The notes beneath the pieces were generated by a model, which worked only from the letters and a program-made list of their open reading frames with translations, did not search any database and was not told the origin of the DNA. Made by a program: the position numbers and the translations under genes. From a virus: a stretch of DNA of 40,717 nt. The stretch spans positions 64,001-104,717 of IMG/VR virus record IMGVR_UViG_3300045988_164919; one strand, 5' to 3'. The first letter of the stretch is position 1, and every line of letters starts with the position of its first letter. Positions 1 to 7,060 of the stretch are shown here, one piece after another.

Positions 1-1011
1 AGCAATATCAGTACCATCAACAGCAATAGTGCCATTAGCAGTACCAGATTCGACCTTCTGAATAGCAGAAGAAGCTAAAGCGAGCTTATCGGTAACAGCT
101 TTTGCTAGTTTAGCTTCAGTGATGCTACCGTCAGTAATTTTTGCTGTTACCTTATGAGTCTTAGGATCAATATTGATGAATACCATATCATCTGCAGCAG
201 AACCAGAGGTGACATATTCAATTAAATCATTGACTCTAATATATAATTTATCATTAGTAGTATTAGCTAGAACTAATACAATATATGTACCAGCCTCAGT
301 AACACCAGCGGGTACTTCACCAGCTGCAAATGTCTGAACAGAACCAGACTTAACAACCATGTCTTTTGGAATGTCGATAACTGCACCAATAGCTGTGCCA
401 TCCTTAGTTAGCTGATAAGATGCGGACATGCCCTCAGTAGCGGCATCCAGCTTCTTCATGCTATATTCAGGCACTGTCACTTCAGGAATAACAACCTTCA
501 GACCATCAGCTGCAAGTGAAAGAGCATTATCCTCACCAGATGCAATAGCTACCTTAACAGTAGGCTCAGTAGCATTGCCACCAACCATAATGGACTTATC
601 AGCTGCCTTAACAGAAGCAACCTTGCCATTAGCAATAGCTAGAACATTAGCAATTTCTTTATATAGACCAGTAGCTGCGACTTCACCATCAGCTGCTTTA
701 CCAACCTTAGAAATAAGATTTGTAACTTGACCTTGTAGAGTAGCAACATCGCCAGCAAGGTCACCAGAGGTAGTTGTAGAAGCTAGTTTAATTAATGTAC
801 CAGCTTCATTAGAAATCATATAAGCTTCGCACTTATTATCGGCGCATAATGTTAGAATCTGACCAACATATGCAGTAGCACCAGAAGCTGCATACTTATT
901 TAGTTCAGTTTTATCGTACCATACAGCAGTAGTATCAAGAGGGATAGGATTACCACGCTTGATATTCATAGGAAGAGCCATATAGGCAGCATCTTTTAAA
1001 ATAGTAGCCAT
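1..1011 (-). CDS. Putative virion structural protein. The N-terminal part is in the window and the gene runs off the window edge.
   Basis: ATG at 1011-1009 preceded by a strong SD (minus strand AAAGGAGGAATAATATA-ATG). Hand translation begins MATILKDAAYMALPMNIKRGNPIPLDTTAVWYDKTELNKY... and continues open to position 1. It is Ala/Thr/Gly/Val-rich like its structural neighbours. The + strand ORF 428..730 is antisense to it. Confidence 0.5.
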   Translation of the reverse strand, partial: MATILKDAAYMALPMNIKRGNPIPLDTTAVWYDKTELNKYAASGATAYVGQILTLCADNKCEAYMISNEAGTLIKLASTTTSGDLAGDVATLQGQVTNLISKVGKAADGEVAATGLYKEIANVLAIANGKVASVKAADKSIMVGGNATEPTVKVAIASGEDNALSLAADGLKVVIPEVTVPEYSMKKLDAATEGMSASYQLTKDGTAIGAVIDIPKDMVVKSGSVQTFAAGEVPAGVTEAGTYIVLVLANTTNDKLYIRVNDLIEYVTSGSAADDMVFINIDPKTHKVTAKITDGSITEAKLAKAVTDKLALASSAIQKVESGTANGTIAVDGTDIA

Positions 1012-1044
1012 ATTATATTATTCCTCCTTTATAAATTAACCAAT

Positions 1045-2253
1045 TGTGACAGCATAAGTTTCAGTACTATCAATTGCAGCAGGCTAATATACCCAAATAG
1101 TATAAGGAGCTGCAGTATATCCTTCAGCGCCCTCAACATTAACAGTACCAGCTTGCTTTACAAAATTAGCAGTAGCATCAGCATTCATAGCACTAGGCAT
1201 AAGAACCTTACTTACATTATATCCAGCAGGACAAGCAATAACAACTTTCTTTGCTCCAGCACCTGCACCAAATGTAGTAATAGGCTTTTTACTAGCAGCT
1301 TCATGTTTTAATCCACGAATAGTAGTACTATCAAGAGCTGCATCAGTAGTTATAGGACCATAGAACATATGACGGACACCCTAAAGGACATTGCTATCTT
1401 TAGATGCTGAGCCTGCCTTAATCTGGCTAGCAGGATAAGAATTACCTAGATTGGTCTTAGGAATAGTGCCGTAGCCATAAGTTGCGGTTGCAGTAATTTT
1501 TTTAGCTGTTGCTTCAGCAACAACATTATCGAAAGAACCAGTAGCAGTAGCAAGGACATCTTCAACACCAGTGCATTTTACACTCCAACTCTGAGCTGTA
1601 ATACCAGTAGCTGGACCATAAGTATAACTACCAGCAGATAGAGCTGCTGTATATGTTAAATTCTTCTTCGTGCCAATTTCAAATGTACCAAGTCCGCTAG
1701 TAGAGCTGAAACTAACAGCAGGATCAGACTTAGAAGGATTAGCTTCCTTGGCCATTAAGGTAGAAAGGACCTGTTCAACGCTCTTACCTTTAGCTGCAAA
1801 TTTAGCAGAACCAGATGGTTTAGCTAAAGTGCCAATAGCAACAGTATAAGTAATGTCATCATCAAAATAAACATTATCAGCACGATAATTGCCATCCATA
1901 GCTTTCCATTCACCGTCATATACGTAAGCAGTATAAGAAGTCTTATCGCCAGTAATAACACGCTTTACAATAGCAGTATCGCCATTGTGAAGCTCTGCAG
2001 AAGCTACAATACGAGTAATAGCCTGAACGTCAGTTTCTTCACCTGTTGGAATAGCTTCAAAATTTTGAGCGGCTTCGCCACCAAAATATTTTAAGTTTTC
2101 AAGAGTAGTAGTACCATCACCGATTTTCATTTTACGAGTATCGTTCTCGTAAACAATTTCACCAGCTTTTGGGACTGCACTACCTTTTGCTTTAAGAGCT
2201 TCAGCCGTATCATTTAATACTTGAATGCGAGTATTAAGAATATTTTCAGCCAT
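1045..2253 (-). CDS. Tail-fibre / receptor-binding-like protein, about 402 aa, with two in-frame TAG codons read through.
   Basis: Track ORFs 1381..2253 and 1084..1368 are in the same frame. They are separated only by TAG at 1381-1383 and TAG at 1084-1086, and the frame then continues to TAA at 1045-1047. The N-terminus has the Mtd_N-type motif GEIVYENDTRKMKIGDGTTTLENLKYFGG. SD is AGGAGGAAAATAATTT-ATG. Confidence 0.65.
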
Positions 2254-2275
2254 AAATTATTTTCCTCCTATAAAA

Positions 2276-2791
2276 TTAATTAAGAGTATTTGCGTTGCCG
2301 CCATTAAGAATATCATAATGATCTTCTCCATATTGAATAGGTACAAGATTATTATTTACATCTACAATATAAGGCAACCATTTATTATTCTAAAAAATAG
2401 ATACAATTTGACCAACACAATTATGCTAAGTAATATAGTTAATTGCATCTACTAAAGAATTGAAAGAATTTTGTGCTGAAGAAGAAGTTTCTGTAGTTGT
2501 CCATTTACCATCGTAAATATATAATTTACCATCATAAATACACATTTCTCCATCTTCAGCAGTAGCTGGAAGTGCATCAACTGTGCCTAAAAATTCCATT
2601 ACATTATCAGGAAGATCAATTGTACCACTTTCGCCACCGATATATGGTAAATCATTCCATAAGGTTTTACCATCACCAATTTTCAGTTTATGAGTATCTA
2701 ATTCAAATCCAGGCTCGCCATCCTTAAGCAATAAGTTCTTTTCACGCCATGTAGTTGATCGACCTCTTTTGAACTTGATGATATCAGCCAT
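2276..2791 (-). CDS. Tail-fibre N-terminal-domain protein, about 171 aa, with one TAG read through.
   Basis: ORF 2426..2791 carries the motif FELDTHKLKIGDGKTLWNDLPYIGG (Mtd_N-like). It ends at TAG (2426-2428). The frame continues as protein-like sequence (HNCVGQIVSIFQNNKWLPYIVDVNNNLVPIQYGEDHYDILNGGNANTLN) to TAA at 2276-2278. SD is AAAGGAGAACACGAG-ATG. Confidence 0.55.
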
Positions 2792-2808
2792 CTCGTGTTC
2801 TCCTTTCT

Positions 2809-2922
2809 TTAATCATCATCTATAGAGCCGCCATCCCAGCCGCCTGTTGACTTGGAAGTATCTTCTTTGTCAATATCGCCGCCATCTTTGCCGCCCTTAT
2901 ATGAAAGAATAAACATTTTCAT
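2809..2922 (-). CDS. Small Gly/Asp-rich protein, 37 aa.
   Basis: ATG at 2922-2920 with a strong SD (minus AAGGAGAAGGACAAT-ATG). It translates as MKMFILSYKGGKDGGDIDKEDTSKSTGGWDGGSIDDD with stop TAA at 2809-2811. It is below the length cut-off of the ORF track. Confidence 0.3.
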   Translation of the reverse strand: MKMFILSYKGGKDGGDIDKEDTSKSTGGWDGGSIDDD

Positions 2923-3074
2923 ATTGTCCTTCTCCTTTCATATTTAAAATTATTTTATATTGCTCTATACCTGTTGGACCGAAAATTTCTTAAATGGAAT
3001 TTTAATTTAAGCATTCGGTTTTAATGGTCCAAGCCGGCCCGAGCAATCTATAACCTACTGTCTTTAAAATATAT

Positions 3075-3115
3075 AAAAAAAAAGATGGACTGATTAATCT
3101 AATCAGTCCATCTTT
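3075..3115 (-). terminator. Rho-independent terminator.
   Basis: A perfect stem of about 15 bp (aaagatggactgatt / aatcagtccatcttt, 3081-3115) is preceded on + by an A9 run. On the minus strand this reads as a hairpin followed by a T9 run. It lies downstream of tRNA-Ser(TGA). Confidence 0.6.
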
Positions 3116-3154
3116 ATAGAAAGGATGAAATGCAATGAACGAATTTGAAACGAG

Positions 3155-3243
3155 TGGCGCGGAACTGAGGTGTCGATCCCCATCCCTATCACAGGACCAC
3201 TTGTTTTCAAGACAAGGCTTACCGCCGGGCAAGTTAATTCCGC
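3155..3243 (-). tRNA. tRNA-Ser(TGA), type II, CCA encoded, with an atypical T-loop.
   Basis: Minus strand: GCGGAAT-TA-...-CTTGT-CTTGAAA-ACAAG-(long variable arm TGGTCCTGTGATAGGGA)-TGGGG-ATCGACA-CCTCA-GTTCCGC-G-CCA. The acceptor stem is 7 bp and the anticodon stem 5 bp. The loop CUUGAAA gives anticodon UGA. The T-loop is ATCGACA rather than TTCGAAT. Track ORF 3002..3250 is an artefact of this RNA gene. Confidence 0.5.
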
Positions 3244-3648
3244 ATATCATAATTGGCTATAGACCCTTAACTATCTATGATTTAAATACGCCACAATTAC
3301 CATGAAGCTTAGCGATACCAATTATTTTAAAAACAAGACTCATTGAAAAGCCAAAATAAAAACGCGGAATTTAGCTTACTAAACCAGCTAAAAAGAAAAA
3401 ACTTTTCAAAATATACTTTATTTTCTTTATTATACTTTTTCATCTATTATTTGATAAGTAAGTATTGTAGAGCCTTTGTAGGCAAAAGTTTGCTGAAAAT
3501 GAGTCTTAATATATGAGGGGCGGAAAGGAATACCTTGTTGTCTTTGCCCTCGACAAGGTTTAACCGTATTATACGAAAGTAGGGGTATGTTAATGTAAGA
3601 TTAGTTTAAACATCATCGCCACGGGAAGGCTCTTACTTGATAACGCAT

Positions 3649-3728
3649 AGGAGCAAGGGATTCGAACCCTGGACGTGTAGCTACAATTAGTTTTGGAGAC
3701 TAACCCAATCGACCACTCTGGCACTCCT
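3649..3728 (-). tRNA. tRNA with a Trp-type anticodon loop (CCA) and an unusually long variable region.
   Basis: T-arm CCAGG-GTTCGAATC-CCTTG. Anticodon stem TTAGT/ACTAA with loop CTCCAAA, which is identical to the E. coli tRNA-Trp loop. It is followed by 14 nt (TTGTAGCTACACGT). Acceptor AGGAGTG/TGCTCCT with G-U pairs. No CCA is encoded. Confidence 0.4.
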
Positions 3729-3736
3729 ACATATAA

Positions 3737-3828
3737 TGGCGTTGGGTAAAGGATTTGAACCTTTGGTCCCCGTTTCCAGGGACAACTGCTTAGCAGGCAG
3801 CCGCTATCGACCTCTCAGCCAACCCAAC
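3737..3828 (-). tRNA. tRNA-Ser(GCT), type II, CCA encoded.
   Basis: Acceptor GTTGGGT/ACCCAAC, discriminator G, CCA. Anticodon stem GCTGC/GCAGT with loop CTGCTAA gives anticodon GCU. Long variable arm TGTCCCTGGAAACGGGGAC. T-arm AAAGG-TTCAAAT-CCTTT. Confidence 0.6.
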
Positions 3829-3987
3829 AGATATAGAAAAATAGATAGTAAAAAACAAGCATTGCGCCAAGGCGTAAAAACTCTATCTATTGTATAGTTT
3901 TTGTTCCTTACATATTTAAATATATAAGAAAGGATTACCGGTAGCCTGCCGCCTAATGACAGGATTTCCTATAACCGGACTTTATAT

Positions 3988-4173
3988 TCACACCGTGGCC
4001 TCGGTGGAACGAACTCTTACAAAATGTTCAGCCAGATGTTTCGGCATCCAAATCAAAGTGCCATCATAAAATCTGAAAAGATAAGTCATAAAATTATCTT
4101 TATTATCAGCCTTGCGGCACTTACCCTTACCGTACCTCTTACACCAGACCTTATCTCCTGGATTAAACTTCAT
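3988..4173 (-). CDS. Small basic protein, 61 aa.
   Basis: Track ORF with a strong SD (AAGGAGAAAATA-ATG). Protein is MKFNPGDKVWCKRYGKGKCRKADNKDNFMTYLFRF... Stop is TGA. The + strand ORF 4024..4272 is antisense to it. Confidence 0.55.
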   Translation of the reverse strand: MKFNPGDKVWCKRYGKGKCRKADNKDNFMTYLFRFYDGTLIWMPKHLAEHFVRVRSTEATV

Positions 4174-4374
4174 TATTTTCTCCTTAACAATTTTAACAAA
4201 GCCCTAAAATCATTTGCTGGATTTGAACCAACTCTAAAAAATTTTTGCAGAATTTCTTATTTATCCTATTAAAAGTTGCTGTGTGGGCTTTTCATAAAAC
4301 ATTATTAATTATACTCATTTAATCAATTAGCATTACCCAAGATACGCCCCGTGGAGGCTTGATTAATGTATCTC

Positions 4375-4447
4375 TTGCGGGAGTGGGATTCGAACCCACG
4401 ATAACCAGTTTATGAGGCTGGTGTCTTAACCACTTGACGATCCCGCA
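4375..4447 (-). tRNA. tRNA-Met(CAT) elongator-type, or Ile2-type.
   Basis: Acceptor UGCGGGA/UCCCGCA (7 bp, U1-A72). Anticodon stem CCAG/CUGG with loop region CCUCAUAAA centred on CAU. T-arm GTGGG-TTCGAAT-CCCAC. No CCA encoded. Confidence 0.5.
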
Positions 4448-4505
4448 ATATTAACAAGACAATTTTTATACGTTGCGCTACCAATTACGCTATATCCGAT
4501 CTTCG

Positions 4506-4575
4506 ACCAGACAGTAGGACTCGAACCTACAACACACGGCTCCCAAAGCAAATTTATAATTGCTGTATTGTCTTT
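4506..4575 (-). tRNA. Non-canonical tRNA-like gene. The anticodon loop is 8 nt (UUAUAAAU) and the acceptor is weak.
   Basis: A good T-arm (GTAGG-TTCGAGT-CCTAC) and a 3' acceptor strand TGTCTGG are present. Anticodon stem AGCAA/TTGCT encloses an 8-nt loop. The 5' acceptor (AAAGACA) pairs only 5 of 7. Confidence 0.3.
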
Positions 4576-4581
4576 CATAAA

Positions 4582-4655
4582 TGGTGGAGCCAGAGGGAAT
4601 CGCACCCTCGACTTTGAATTAAATTCAACGTTTTCCTACCATAAACTATGTCCCC
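4582..4655 (-). tRNA. tRNA with a candidate UUA anticodon (ochre/amber-suppressor-like), CCA encoded.
   Basis: GGGGACA-TA-GTTT-ATGGTAGG-AAAC-G-TTGAA/TTCAA arm, with central loop A-U-UUA-A-U if folded as a 4-5 bp stem and 7-nt loop. Variable GTC. T-arm GAGGG-TGCGATT-CCCTC. Acceptor 3' TGGCTCC-A-CCA. The palindromic loop makes the anticodon assignment uncertain. Confidence 0.4.
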
Positions 4656-4660
4656 AAATA

Positions 4661-4725
4661 TGATGGTTATAAAACTTAATCTAATGCAGGCATCAGACTA
4701 ATAGAACGCTCCATCAAGTTCTATG
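4661..4725 (-). repeat. Upstream repeat copy 1 (about 55 nt) 5' of the tRNA at 4582-4655. Candidate tRNA promoter or processing element.
   Basis: ttataaaacttaatctaat...cagactaatagaacgctccatcaagttctat is nearly identical to 4985-5045. It contains the inverted repeat atagaac/gttctat. It ends about 5-10 nt upstream of the tRNA 5' end on the transcribed strand. Confidence 0.5.
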
Positions 4726-4759
4726 CACCAGTTGAGTTGTATGTTTTCCGCGAGTGCGG

Positions 4760-4834
4760 TGGCGGGAAACCAAGGAATTGAACCTTGCTTGGCGGATTAA
4801 CAGTCCGCTGCCTGAACCACTAGGCTAGTCTCCC
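4760..4834 (-). tRNA. tRNA-Asn(GTT), CCA encoded.
   Basis: Acceptor GGGAGAC/GTTTCCC, G, CCA. Anticodon stem GCGGA/TCCGC with loop CTGTTAA gives GUU. T-arm CAAGG-TTCAATT-CCTTG. Confidence 0.6.
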
Positions 4835-4906
4835 ATATTCATAGGGAAGGCTTCTAGAAAACCCGTGCGCTTACCACCCTACGTGTTTGGAATATATCAC
4901 ACTTAA

Positions 4907-4982
4907 TGGTGGAACTTGCGAGAGTCGAACTCGCTACCTCCTGCTTGCAAGGCAGGCGCTCTCCCAGTTGAGCTAAAGTCCC
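4907..4982 (-). tRNA. tRNA-Ala(TGC), CCA encoded.
   Basis: Acceptor GGGACTT/AAGTTCC. Anticodon stem CCTGC/GCAGG with loop CTTGCAA gives UGC. T-arm GCGAG-TTCGACT-CTCGC. Track ORF 4854..5036 is an artefact spanning this tRNA. Confidence 0.6.
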
Positions 4983-4984
4983 AT

Positions 4985-5045
4985 ATTTGATAGTTATAAA
5001 ACTTAATCTAATCAGATTAATAGAACGCTCTATCAAGTTCTATAC
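4985..5045 (-). repeat. Upstream repeat copy 2, 5' of tRNA-Ala.
   Basis: ttataaaacttaatctaatcagattaatagaacgctctatcaagttctat matches the element at 4661-4725 apart from an 8-nt indel and 2-3 substitutions. Confidence 0.5.
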
Positions 5046-5075
5046 TTTAAAATTGTTTACATAGGAAAAAGCATG

Positions 5076-5152
5076 TGGCGATGCTAAGGGGACTCGAACC
5101 CCTGACCTTCGGAGAGACAGTCCGACATTCTAGCCAACTGAACTATAGCACC
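5076..5152 (-). tRNA. tRNA-Asp(GTC), CCA encoded.
   Basis: Acceptor GGTGCTA/TAGCATC. Anticodon stem TCGGA/TCCGA with loop CTGTCTC gives GUC. T-arm CAGGG-GTTCGAGTC-CCCTT. Confidence 0.6.
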
Positions 5153-5155
5153 ATA

Positions 5156-5231
5156 TGGTCGAGCTGCTGGGATTCGAACCCAGGTTTGAAGCGTGAAAGG
5201 CTTCTGAATTAGCCAATTACTCTACAGCCCG
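5156..5231 (-). tRNA. tRNA-Glu(TTC), CCA encoded.
   Basis: Acceptor CGGGCTG/CAGCTCG. Anticodon stem GAAGC/GCTTC with loop CTTTCAC gives UUC. T-arm CCTGG-GTTCGAATC-CCAGC. It is 3 nt from tRNA-Asp. Confidence 0.55.
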
Positions 5232-5326
5232 ATAAATGTCAGCCTGAAAACTACTCACTGACCGTTGGACGCAACTCCAAAGTTATTAGTATGCGTTATA
5301 TAAATTCTCGAAAAGAGACACCCGAT

Positions 5327-5494
5327 TTATTCATCAGAAATCATTTTTTCAGATTTCTCTTTTTCTTTCGCCCTATCATATTCCATACCCTTACCTTTTT
5401 TGGCCGGAACAATAGATCTACGACGGCGGAACAGAAGATACTCGTTCAACTCTGTGCTATCCATTTTAATTGCAGGTTTCTTAGTAGTTGCCAT
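5327..5494 (-). CDS. Small basic protein, 55 aa.
   Basis: Strong SD (AAAGGAGATATTTGAA-ATG). Protein is MATTKKPAIKMDSTELNEYLLFRRRRSIVPAKKGKGMEYDRAKEKEKSEKMISDE with stop TAA. It is below the track length cut-off. The + strand ORF 5291..5578 is antisense. Confidence 0.4.
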   Translation of the reverse strand: MATTKKPAIKMDSTELNEYLLFRRRRSIVPAKKGKGMEYDRAKEKEKSEKMISDE

Positions 5495-5548
5495 TTCAAA
5501 TATCTCCTTTATTATTATATAATATTTTTTTTAAATTTTCAAATTTAT

Positions 5549-5625
5549 TGGTGCAGGATATTGGATTTGAACCAATGACCTCTTGGGTGTAAACCAAACG
5601 CTCTAACCAGCTGAGCTAATCCCGC
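5549..5625 (-). tRNA. tRNA-Val(TAC), CCA encoded.
   Basis: Acceptor GCGGGAT/ATCCTGC. D-arm GCTC-AGCTGGTTA-GAGC. Anticodon stem TTTGG/CCAAG with loop TTTACAC gives UAC. T-arm ATTGG-TTCAAAT-CCAAT. Confidence 0.6.
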
Positions 5626-5947
5626 ATATAGTCTATTTAATTAAGCTGCCAAGAAAAATTAAATAGACTTTTATAAAAATCCTCACTGGGTATGGAGGGC
5701 ATATTAGACTGGCTATTACAGTAGGGCTAATAAGGTAGACTCGCTTGAATTTCACAATATTTGGTTCAACACCAAATTAAATAAAACTATATACATAATT
5801 TCTCATGATATAATCTTATTCCATTACTCTTTAAGGTTCTCTAATGGATGAACTACGAGAATTTTGCTATCTTATACTAATTGCGCGTTTTCATATAAGA
5901 ACCATTTAACGTCAGCGATGCTCTATGAAATTTCTCAAACTTGACCT

Positions 5948-6080
5948 GGTGCGCCAGGCGGGGATCGAACCCGCGTTGCCCTGCTTATGGTGCGGAATAT
6001 TGGATTTGAACCAATACATTAAAATGCTACTTACATCAATCCCACAAAGGCAGGTGCCATACCACTTGGCCACTGGCGCA
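5948..6080 (-). tRNA. Interrupted tRNA. The host is tRNA-Lys(UUU)-like (loop CUUU|UAA) and carries a 58-nt nested mini-tRNA-like insertion in the anticodon loop.
   Basis: Minus strand: GCGCCAG-TG-GCCA-AGTGGTA-TGGC-A-CCTGC-CTTT[insert]TAA-GCAGG-GCAAC-GCGGG-TTCGATC-CCCGC-CTGGCGC-A-CCA. The acceptor, D, anticodon and T stems are all perfect only across the insert. Confidence 0.45.
5989..6046 (-). other. Nested mini-tRNA-like element inside the anticodon loop of the tRNA at 5948-6080.
   Basis: GTGGGAT-TG-...-ATTGG-TTCAAAT-CCAAT-ATTCCGC-A-CCA. It has its own 7-bp acceptor (with G-U pairs), a T-arm and a 3' ACCA. Its T-arm and 3' end are near-identical to those of tRNA-Val at 5549-5625. It has no D or anticodon arms. 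Confidence 0.4.
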
Positions 6081-6430
6081 TATACGCATTTTAGAGGTTC
6101 CGGACCCTCTTGAGCAGCATCACTCAAATAAGATTTTGTCACCTAATTTTAAAAATCTTATTAAAAACAAACCGGTTTTATAGCTAAACCTTTAACTCCC
6201 TTTCCGTTTTTACTTATATGTCAAGAAACAACCAAAGAGTAAGTATAAAAAGACAACATATGAAGAATTTGTTTATAGACAAGCTTCAAACACTCGTCTT
6301 GCGGTCATGTTATTTTATAATCAAGTAAGTAATAACTTCAACCGCGTTTCTTTAACTTAAATAACCTTTAATAATAGTCCTATATTAAATAATTAGTTAT
6401 GGGCGACTATTATTTCCCAGCTTTAATTAA

Positions 6431-6505
6431 TCCTTCTATTGGAATTGAACCAATACCTCCGCCTCTTTCAGGCAGCATGCTTCCATTACACCAAGAAGTA
6501 ATATA
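6431..6505 (-). tRNA. Non-canonical tRNA-like gene. The anticodon arm is aberrant (loop UGAAAGA, no U33).
   Basis: T-arm ATTGG-TTCAATT-CCAAT. Acceptor TACTTCT/AGAAGGA (6 of 7 pairs). The CTGCC/GGCGG stem encloses TGAAAGA. This may be a pseudogene or specialised RNA. Confidence 0.25.
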
Positions 6506-6582
6506 TATGGCTTATTTATATAACGATGGAGCCACCAACCACCGAGCCTTGATTATAGTGAATATAGCTACTACTTCACTGT

Positions 6583-6658
6583 TGGTACCGGTGAAAGGAC
6601 TCGAACCTTCAGATTAATGATCCTAAATCATTCGCCTATGCCATTCGGCTACACCGGC
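6583..6658 (-). tRNA. tRNA with anticodon UAG (Leu-type decoding of CUN) but a class-I (short variable arm) structure. CCA encoded.
   Basis: GCCGGTG-TA-GCCG-AATGGCATA-GGCG-AATGA-TTTAGGA-TCATT-AATCT-GAAGG-TTCGAGT-CCTTT-CACCGGT-A-CCA. All four stems are canonical. Confidence 0.5.
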
Positions 6659-6660
6659 AT

Positions 6661-6725
6661 ATGGTGGAAAGAAGTATTTCACCTTTTATAGCGCGCTTCT
6701 CCCCGTTCCCGCGCTACCCCTCTCC
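6661..6725 (-). ncRNA. GC-rich hairpin element ending in ...CTTTCC-A-CCA, 3 nt upstream of a tRNA. Possible tRNA-like minihelix or processing element.
   Basis: A 7-bp GC stem TAGCGCG/CGCGCTA (loop GGAACGGGGAGAA) sits in an otherwise AT-rich region. The 3' end is ACCA. It has no T-loop consensus. The function is speculative. Confidence 0.2.
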
Positions 6726-6909
6726 CAATTAGCTTGATTACAAGAGGATTTTACTATGAAGTTCATCATAGCTAACTATAAAATTTCTTTATAGCTATAC
6801 ATTAAAACCCGATTTCCCTTTGCCTCAGTTTATTTTTAATTGGTCTATTGCCAACGGCAGGTGACTAATCTGCCTAGTTCAAATCGGAAACCCCATGTAT
6901 AAGACCAAT

Positions 6910-6986
6910 TGGTGGGACAGGGAGGTATCGAGCCTCCATCCTTTGGTTTTTCAGACCAATGCTCCGACCTCGTAAGCTACTGTCCC
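6910..6986 (-). tRNA. tRNA-Phe(GAA), CCA encoded.
   Basis: Acceptor GGGACAG/CTGTCCC. Anticodon stem TTGGT/ACCAA with loop CTGAAAA gives GAA. T-arm GGAGG-CTCGATA-CCTCC. Confidence 0.6.
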
Positions 6987-7015
6987 ATACAAATGAGAAT
7001 TTATTTCTCATTTAT

Positions 7016-7060
7016 TTTGTATATATATTTTATAATATTTTTTTTAATTTTTCAATTAAA
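7016..7060 (-). promoter_or_regulatory. Conserved AT-rich promoter motif (class B: TTGAAA-N17-TAAAAT-ATATATA) upstream of tRNA-Phe.
   Basis: Minus strand reads GTTTAATTGAAAAATTAAAAAAAATATTATAAAATATATATACAA. It is a member of a motif family of more than 15 copies. Confidence 0.5.

Noticed and set aside
3002-3250. Track ORF of 82 aa on the minus strand.
   Set aside because: It spans the tRNA-Ser(TGA) gene and the strong terminator hairpin, and it has no SD. It is an RNA gene read as protein.
3505-3560. A possible H-type pseudoknot (GAGGG...CCCTC interleaved with CCTTGT...ACAAGG).
   Set aside because: No adjacent ORF or slippery site points to frameshifting. It could be a chance structure in the leader of the tRNA operon. 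It is not reported as a feature.
4191-4260. A perfect GGTTCAAATCC T-loop motif at 4221-4231, suggestive of another tRNA.
   Set aside because: No acceptor, D or anticodon stems could be found around it. The surrounding sequence is a poly-A/T palindrome. It may be a remnant or chance match, but I am not calling a tRNA.
4854-5036. Track ORF of 60 aa containing ...LAQLGERLPCKQEV...
   Set aside because: It is a translation through tRNA-Ala and its upstream repeat. The AQLGER-type peptide is a classic tRNA artefact.
5912-6617. Several short ORFs on both strands (5912..6142, 5925..6113, 6399..6617, 6909..7154).
   Set aside because: They overlap the tRNA genes and nested elements and have no SD, so they are artefacts.
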